Source: Flavobacteriales bacterium
Lineage (GTDB): Bacteria > Bacteroidota > Bacteroidia > Flavobacteriales_F > PHOS-HE28
Length of the DNA: 64,000 bases
Assembly (NCBI GenBank): GCA_035325445.1
Contig: DAOKZW010000002.1
Coordinates: forward strand, 5,826-69,825
Direction of reading: 5' to 3'
Position 1 is the first letter of the stretch; each line of letters starts with the position of its first letter. A program made the position numbers and the translations under genes. Below the pieces are notes generated by a model. That model ran no database searches and was not told the DNA's origin. It saw nothing but the letters and a program-made list of their open reading frames with translations. Positions 59,518-64,000 of the stretch are shown here, one piece after another.

Positions 59518-60654
59518 ATGAAGATCGCCATCCTCGAAACCGTGCACTTCCAGTATGGGCTGGCCCAGTCCGAGGTGTTCGGCGCCGCGGAAAAAACATT
59601 CTTCATCACCGAGGAGCTGCACCGGCGCATGCACGACTACGACCCCGCGCTGTGCGATGGCGAGTTCATCATCATCGACGACCTGGCCAGCGCCGCCCGG
59701 CAGATCATCGACAAATGCAACGGCGAAGGCATCGACATCCTGCTGATCAGCCCGATCTTCAAGGAATTCGAAAGCCTGTACCGGATCGTGAAGGAGACCA
59801 CCTGCACCAAGGTGATCACCATCCACAACCTCAATTACTGGCTCAAGTCCTTCTTCCGGACACCGAAGTATTACCGGGAGCGGAAACTGAAACAGGCCAT
59901 CGTGGAGGCCTGCGACTTCATCGCCGTGGAGGATTTCCTGTACCACCACGTCCGGACCCGGAATCCGAGGCTCTTCAACCGGTACAAGTTCATCTACATC
60001 CCCTTCACGCTGTTCCATCCGCGCACACCCGGCCGTAACGTGAAGGACGACCCCACGCGGTTCAAGGTGGTCATCCCCGGCCAGATCAACCCGGCGCGCA
60101 GGCGCTACGAGGAGGTGGTCGAGGTGATCCATCACTTCGCCTGGGCCAAGGCGCCCATCACCTTCTCGCTGCCGGGCAGGCCCGTGGGCGACTATGGCAA
60201 GTGGGTAACGGACGAGCTGGACAAGGCCAACCGGGAGCATCCCGGCATTGCCTATGCCTTCCCGGCGGAAGGCACCGTGACCACCGAAATGTTCCTGCGC
60301 GAAATGGAAACCTCCGACCTGGTGCTCTCGGCCAGCAGCGAGGTATTCCGCGACCTGGGCACCAAGGAGATCTACGGGAAGACCAAGGCCCCGGGCGCCA
60401 TCTACGACATGATGACCTTCCAGCTGCCCGGCCTGCTGCCGGCGCACCTGGGCGTGCCGCGCAACCTCGAGGGCTCGGCCTTCACCTACGCCTCCGCCCA
60501 AGAGCTCACCAGGCTCCTGGAAAAGGCGATGCGCGACCGCGACACCTACATGCAGTGGAAGCGCAAGGCCGAAAGCAACGCCTACAACTACACCGCGGAG
60601 GCCGTGCGGAAACAGTTGCCATTCTTTGCACCGGCGCCCGTCGCCGCCCAATGA
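59518..60654 (+). CDS. hypothetical protein of the polysaccharide locus (possible glycosyltransferase)
   Basis: Start at the Met of MKIAILETV (ATG 59518). No diagnostic motif. Context only. Confidence 0.45.
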   Translation: MKIAILETVHFQYGLAQSEVFGAAEKTFFITEELHRRMHDYDPALCDGEFIIIDDLASAARQIIDKCNGEGIDILLISPIFKEFESLYRIVKETTCTKVITIHNLNYWLKSFFRTPKYYRERKLKQAIVEACDFIAVEDFLYHHVRTRNPRLFNRYKFIYIPFTLFHPRTPGRNVKDDPTRFKVVIPGQINPARRRYEEVVEVIHHFAWAKAPITFSLPGRPVGDYGKWVTDELDKANREHPGIAYAFPAEGTVTTEMFLREMETSDLVLSASSEVFRDLGTKEIYGKTKAPGAIYDMMTFQLPGLLPAHLGVPRNLEGSAFTYASAQELTRLLEKAMRDRDTYMQWKRKAESNAYNYTAEAVRKQLPFFAPAPVAAQ

Positions 60655-60658
60655 ACCG

Positions 60659-61513
60659 ATGCTGAGGGTATTCTTCGGACAGCACAAATGCGCATCCAAG
60701 TGGGTCACGCTACTGATCGAGCGGATGTGCAACGAAATGGGATGGAAATGCGCGATAGCCTACCGCGCGCATGTGGATGGGCACGGAGGCTTGCGCCCCT
60801 TCATCGAAAAGCAGCTACCGGACTTCCTGGTCATCCCCGAGTCCGACATCTCCCTGGTGGGCGAGATACCCGTTCCATTCAAGGGCTTCCATGTGATCCG
60901 CGACCCGCGGGACCTGGTCGTTTCGGGCTACTTCTCGCATCTGAAGGTGCACGACCTGACCACCAACCCCGAGCAGGGCGTGACCGCCGAACACCGCAGG
61001 CAGCTGGAGGAGCTGCCCAAGGAGCAGGGCATCGACCTGGAGATCGCCACCATCGCCCGCATACCCTTGGAGCACCTCTACGAATGGAACTACCGCAACC
61101 CGGACATCCTGGAGGTCAAGTTCGAACAACTGACGGCCGACCCCTATAAGGAGATGATGGCCATCCTCACCTTCCTGGACATGGAAGGGCCCGCCAACCG
61201 CCTCGCCTTCGCCCTGCGGTGCTACATCAACCGCCTGCTCAAGCGGGCCAAGATCAGGGGGCCCCGGGCGGACCGGTATTCCGGGAGCCAATTGCGCAAG
61301 ACACTCCGCGACCTCTCATTCGAGAACCTGAAACGGGGCAAGCCGTGGTGGCTCAACCAGAAGGGCGCGCACTACCGGAAAGGCAAGGCCGGCGACTGGC
61401 GGCACCATCTGACGAACCGCCAGGAACGCGAGATCGACCGGATCTTCCCCGGCATCCTCGAAAAACTGGGCTACCACGGCCAGGCTGCGGGCCACCCCAC
61501 CGTTTCCCCCTAA
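60659..61513 (+). CDS. sulfotransferase family protein
   Basis: 5'-PSB-like KCASKW near the N-terminus and the RDPRD motif (FHVIRDPRDLVVSGYFSH) typical of PAPS-dependent sulfotransferases. Confidence 0.65.
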   Translation: MLRVFFGQHKCASKWVTLLIERMCNEMGWKCAIAYRAHVDGHGGLRPFIEKQLPDFLVIPESDISLVGEIPVPFKGFHVIRDPRDLVVSGYFSHLKVHDLTTNPEQGVTAEHRRQLEELPKEQGIDLEIATIARIPLEHLYEWNYRNPDILEVKFEQLTADPYKEMMAILTFLDMEGPANRLAFALRCYINRLLKRAKIRGPRADRYSGSQLRKTLRDLSFENLKRGKPWWLNQKGAHYRKGKAGDWRHHLTNRQEREIDRIFPGILEKLGYHGQAAGHPTVSP

Positions 61514-61525
61514 GCCAGGCAACAC

Positions 61526-62668
61526 GTGGACAACCCCGGCCAAACACGGCACAAGGTCTTCTTCGAGAACCTCGACGGGCTCCGCTTCCTGTGCTTCATC
61601 GCCGTCTTCCTCTACCACAGCTTCCACACCGACCTTGTCCATATCAGCGATACGGCCGCGTACCGCTTCATCAAGACGGGCATCTTCGGCAACGGCAATA
61701 TCGGGGTCAACTTCTTCTTCGTGCTCAGCGGATTCCTCATCACCTACCTGCTGATCGAGGAGAAGAAGGTCACGGGACAGGTCCATGTCCGCTTCTTCTG
61801 GGTGCGCCGGATCCTCCGCATCTGGCCCCTGTACTACCTCTGCGTGGCCTTCGGGTTCCTCGCCTTTCCCCTGCTGAAGACCGCCTTCGGCCAGGTGCCC
61901 GACGAGACCGCGGACCCGTGGTACTACGTCACCTTCATCGGCAACTTCGACCACATCCGCAAGGGCGTGCCCGACGCCTCCAACCTCGCCGTGCTGTGGA
62001 GCGTGGCCGTGGAGGAGCAGTTCTACCTGGTGTGGCCCGTGGTGCTGGCGTTCGTCCCCGTGCGGCGTTATTGGGCGGTATTCCTCGCCATCATCGCAGG
62101 TTCCCTGTGGTACAGGGCCTGCAACACCTCCTACCTGGAGCACGAGATGCACACCCTTTCCTGCATCGGCGACATGGCCGTGGGCGCCATGGGCAGCTGG
62201 CTGGTACAGCAACGCCCTGCCGTGCTCCACCGCCTGGAAAGGCTGGGCAAAGGCAGCATCGCCCTCATCTACGCCGCCTTCCTCGCCATCTTCTTCTTCC
62301 GCAAGGAACTGCTCCACTGGTCCCTGGCCATCACCGTGGCGGAGCGCGTGATCATTGCGGTGGTGATCGTGCTGATCATCCTCGAGCAGAACTACGCAAG
62401 GAACTCCTTCATCAAAATGGCACGCTTTAAGTGGATGGGCTACCTGGGCCGCATCTCGTACGGCCTGTATTGCCTCCACTTCATCGGCATCCTCATCGCC
62501 CTGCGCATCACCGCATGGCTGGGGCTCAACCAAACGCTCGCCCAGGTGGCCGTGTTGGAGACCGGGCTGGCATTGGGCGTCACCATCGCCCTGGCCCACT
62601 TCAGCTACCAGTATTACGAGAAGCCTTTCCTGCGGCTGAAGGACAGGTTTGCCTTCATCACGAAATGA
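61526..62668 (+). CDS. acyltransferase family 3 (OafA/OatA-like membrane O-acyltransferase)
   Basis: N-terminal FENLDGLRFLCFIAVFLYH motif with conserved His, about 10 TM helices. Confidence 0.8.
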   Translation: MDNPGQTRHKVFFENLDGLRFLCFIAVFLYHSFHTDLVHISDTAAYRFIKTGIFGNGNIGVNFFFVLSGFLITYLLIEEKKVTGQVHVRFFWVRRILRIWPLYYLCVAFGFLAFPLLKTAFGQVPDETADPWYYVTFIGNFDHIRKGVPDASNLAVLWSVAVEEQFYLVWPVVLAFVPVRRYWAVFLAIIAGSLWYRACNTSYLEHEMHTLSCIGDMAVGAMGSWLVQQRPAVLHRLERLGKGSIALIYAAFLAIFFFRKELLHWSLAITVAERVIIAVVIVLIILEQNYARNSFIKMARFKWMGYLGRISYGLYCLHFIGILIALRITAWLGLNQTLAQVAVLETGLALGVTIALAHFSYQYYEKPFLRLKDRFAFITK

Positions 62669-62765
62669 ACCGGCGTGAACACGGGGCCGGGTGCCCCCGG
62701 CGGTCCTATACTTGGCCCCACGGTGGTGACCGGACCATCACGGCCCCGCCACACGGACGAGCGGC

Positions 62766-63878
62766 ATGAAGCTGAAGGGACTGAACATACTGCTGATCTC
62801 CAACGAGCCTTGGGGTGATGTGTGGTACTCCAAGCACAACTACGCCCACGAGCTCTCCAAGCACAACCATGTCACCTTCGTGGGGCCCTCCCCCGCATGG
62901 CGGCCGCGGTTCCTGCTCGGATGCAACGTGTCCGAGGAAAGCGTTGCGGAAGGGCTGACGGTGCTGCACTACAACAACGTGCTGCCCGCCAAGCCGGGCT
63001 ACAGCTACCACCGCAACAACGCGTTGGTCTCAGCGGCCATCCGCCGGCACCTGCAAAAACGGGGCAGGCCCACCGACCTCTTCATCAGCTTCGACCCCGC
63101 CCGCCTGTACGACCCGCAGGCGCTGGGGGCCAAGACCTCCCTCTTCATCGCGGTGGACAAATACTTCTTCTCCCTGCCGGGTGAACGCCACCTGTATTCC
63201 AAAGTGGACGGCATCGTCACCATCAGCCGCACCTTCAACGACCTCTACCTCCCTTTCCGCAAGCCCATCCTCACCATCGGGCACGGCATCTCCTCGGACG
63301 AGTTCTCCGCCACACCGGCGGAAACCGTGCATGAAGGATTCGGGCTATACATCGGCGGGATAGACAAGCGCGTGGACCTGGGCCTGGTGGAGCATCTGGT
63401 GACGTCCTTTCCGGAGGTGCCGTTCGTCTTCATAGGCCGTTTCGCCCTGCAAGGCGATCCCCGCGCCGAAGCCCTGTTCATGCAAGGCCGCCATAAAAAC
63501 CTCCACCACTTGGGGGTAAAACCCTTCAAGGAGTTGAAACGCTGGATCGCCGCCTCCCGTTTCTGCCTGGCGCCGATGGACATTACCCATCCGGGGAACG
63601 ACATCTCGCACCACAAGGTGTTCCAGTACCTCGCCTTCGGCAAGCCCATCTTCTCCACGGTCTTCAGCGAGTATGCCGGCATCGCCGACCTCCTGTACAT
63701 GGACAACGACCCGCAGGCGCTGGCGGCCAAACTCGCACGCTTCCTTCAGGCTTCGGAAGACCCGGGACTGCTGGCGGCGCGGATAGCCCACATGAAAGGA
63801 CAGACCTACGAGGGCATCCTGCAACGACTGGAGGCATTCCTGGAGCAGGAAGTGCGGCCCGGCAAGGAACGGGCCTGA
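62766..63878 (+). CDS. glycosyltransferase (GT4-like)
   Basis: N-terminal MKLKGLNILLISNEPWGDVWYSKHNYAHEL and C-terminal Rossmann half typical of retaining GT-B enzymes. Tentative. Confidence 0.55.
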   Translation: MKLKGLNILLISNEPWGDVWYSKHNYAHELSKHNHVTFVGPSPAWRPRFLLGCNVSEESVAEGLTVLHYNNVLPAKPGYSYHRNNALVSAAIRRHLQKRGRPTDLFISFDPARLYDPQALGAKTSLFIAVDKYFFSLPGERHLYSKVDGIVTISRTFNDLYLPFRKPILTIGHGISSDEFSATPAETVHEGFGLYIGGIDKRVDLGLVEHLVTSFPEVPFVFIGRFALQGDPRAEALFMQGRHKNLHHLGVKPFKELKRWIAASRFCLAPMDITHPGNDISHHKVFQYLAFGKPIFSTVFSEYAGIADLLYMDNDPQALAAKLARFLQASEDPGLLAARIAHMKGQTYEGILQRLEAFLEQEVRPGKERA

Positions 63879-64000
63879 GCACGCCCCCTCGCCTGCTGCC
63901 GGTAGGGCCGCCGGGGATAACTTGGCCCCGCTCCTTGGGAAACGCCCCCACCCGGCACCAAGGAACCTTTATCGATGCACGTACTCCACACCTTCTCCAA

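Overview
This is a 64 kb window at roughly 65% GC. Gene content points to Bacteroidota: T9SS C-terminal sorting domains on secreted proteins, a Bacteroidetes-type ECF sigma factor, the DUF3822-rsmD-coaD block, LptF/G, and a PASTA-ddl-rluD neighbourhood. Coding density is high and in-window CDS are on both strands. There are four notable blocks. (1) 1.5-12.7 kb holds a compact hybrid NRPS-PKS cluster. The first gene is A-PCP-KS-AT-ACP-aminotransferase, the second is C-A-PCP-TE, and an Sfp-type PPTase follows. (2) 12.7-40 kb is mostly housekeeping and envelope genes. It also contains two ECF sigma factors (one with a putative GIN-domain anti-sigma partner), a CotH-like T9SS cargo protein, and unusual tandem repeats at divergent promoters. 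(3) 40.0-51.0 kb is a seven-gene, translationally coupled minus-strand operon, and I rank it the most interesting region. It is a type I restriction-modification system (hsdM-hsdS ... hsdR-DUF45) with a three-gene cassette embedded between hsdS and hsdR. The cassette encodes a 399-aa putative effector, a 170-aa small protein and a 645-aa SMC/Rad50-like ABC ATPase with a zinc hook. This matches the architecture of tripartite ABC-3C conflict systems. Separately, hsdR and hsdM carry five REP-like palindromic elements inserted in-frame, and hsdR also carries an in-frame RayT-like (Y1 HUH) transposase domain flanked by two of those elements. (4) 57-64 kb is a polysaccharide biosynthesis locus with epimerases, glycosyltransferases, a sulfotransferase and an acyltransferase. 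Most long ORFs in the six-frame track that overlap these genes are antisense shadows typical of high-GC DNA and were rejected. No rRNA, tRNA or CRISPR array was recognised.
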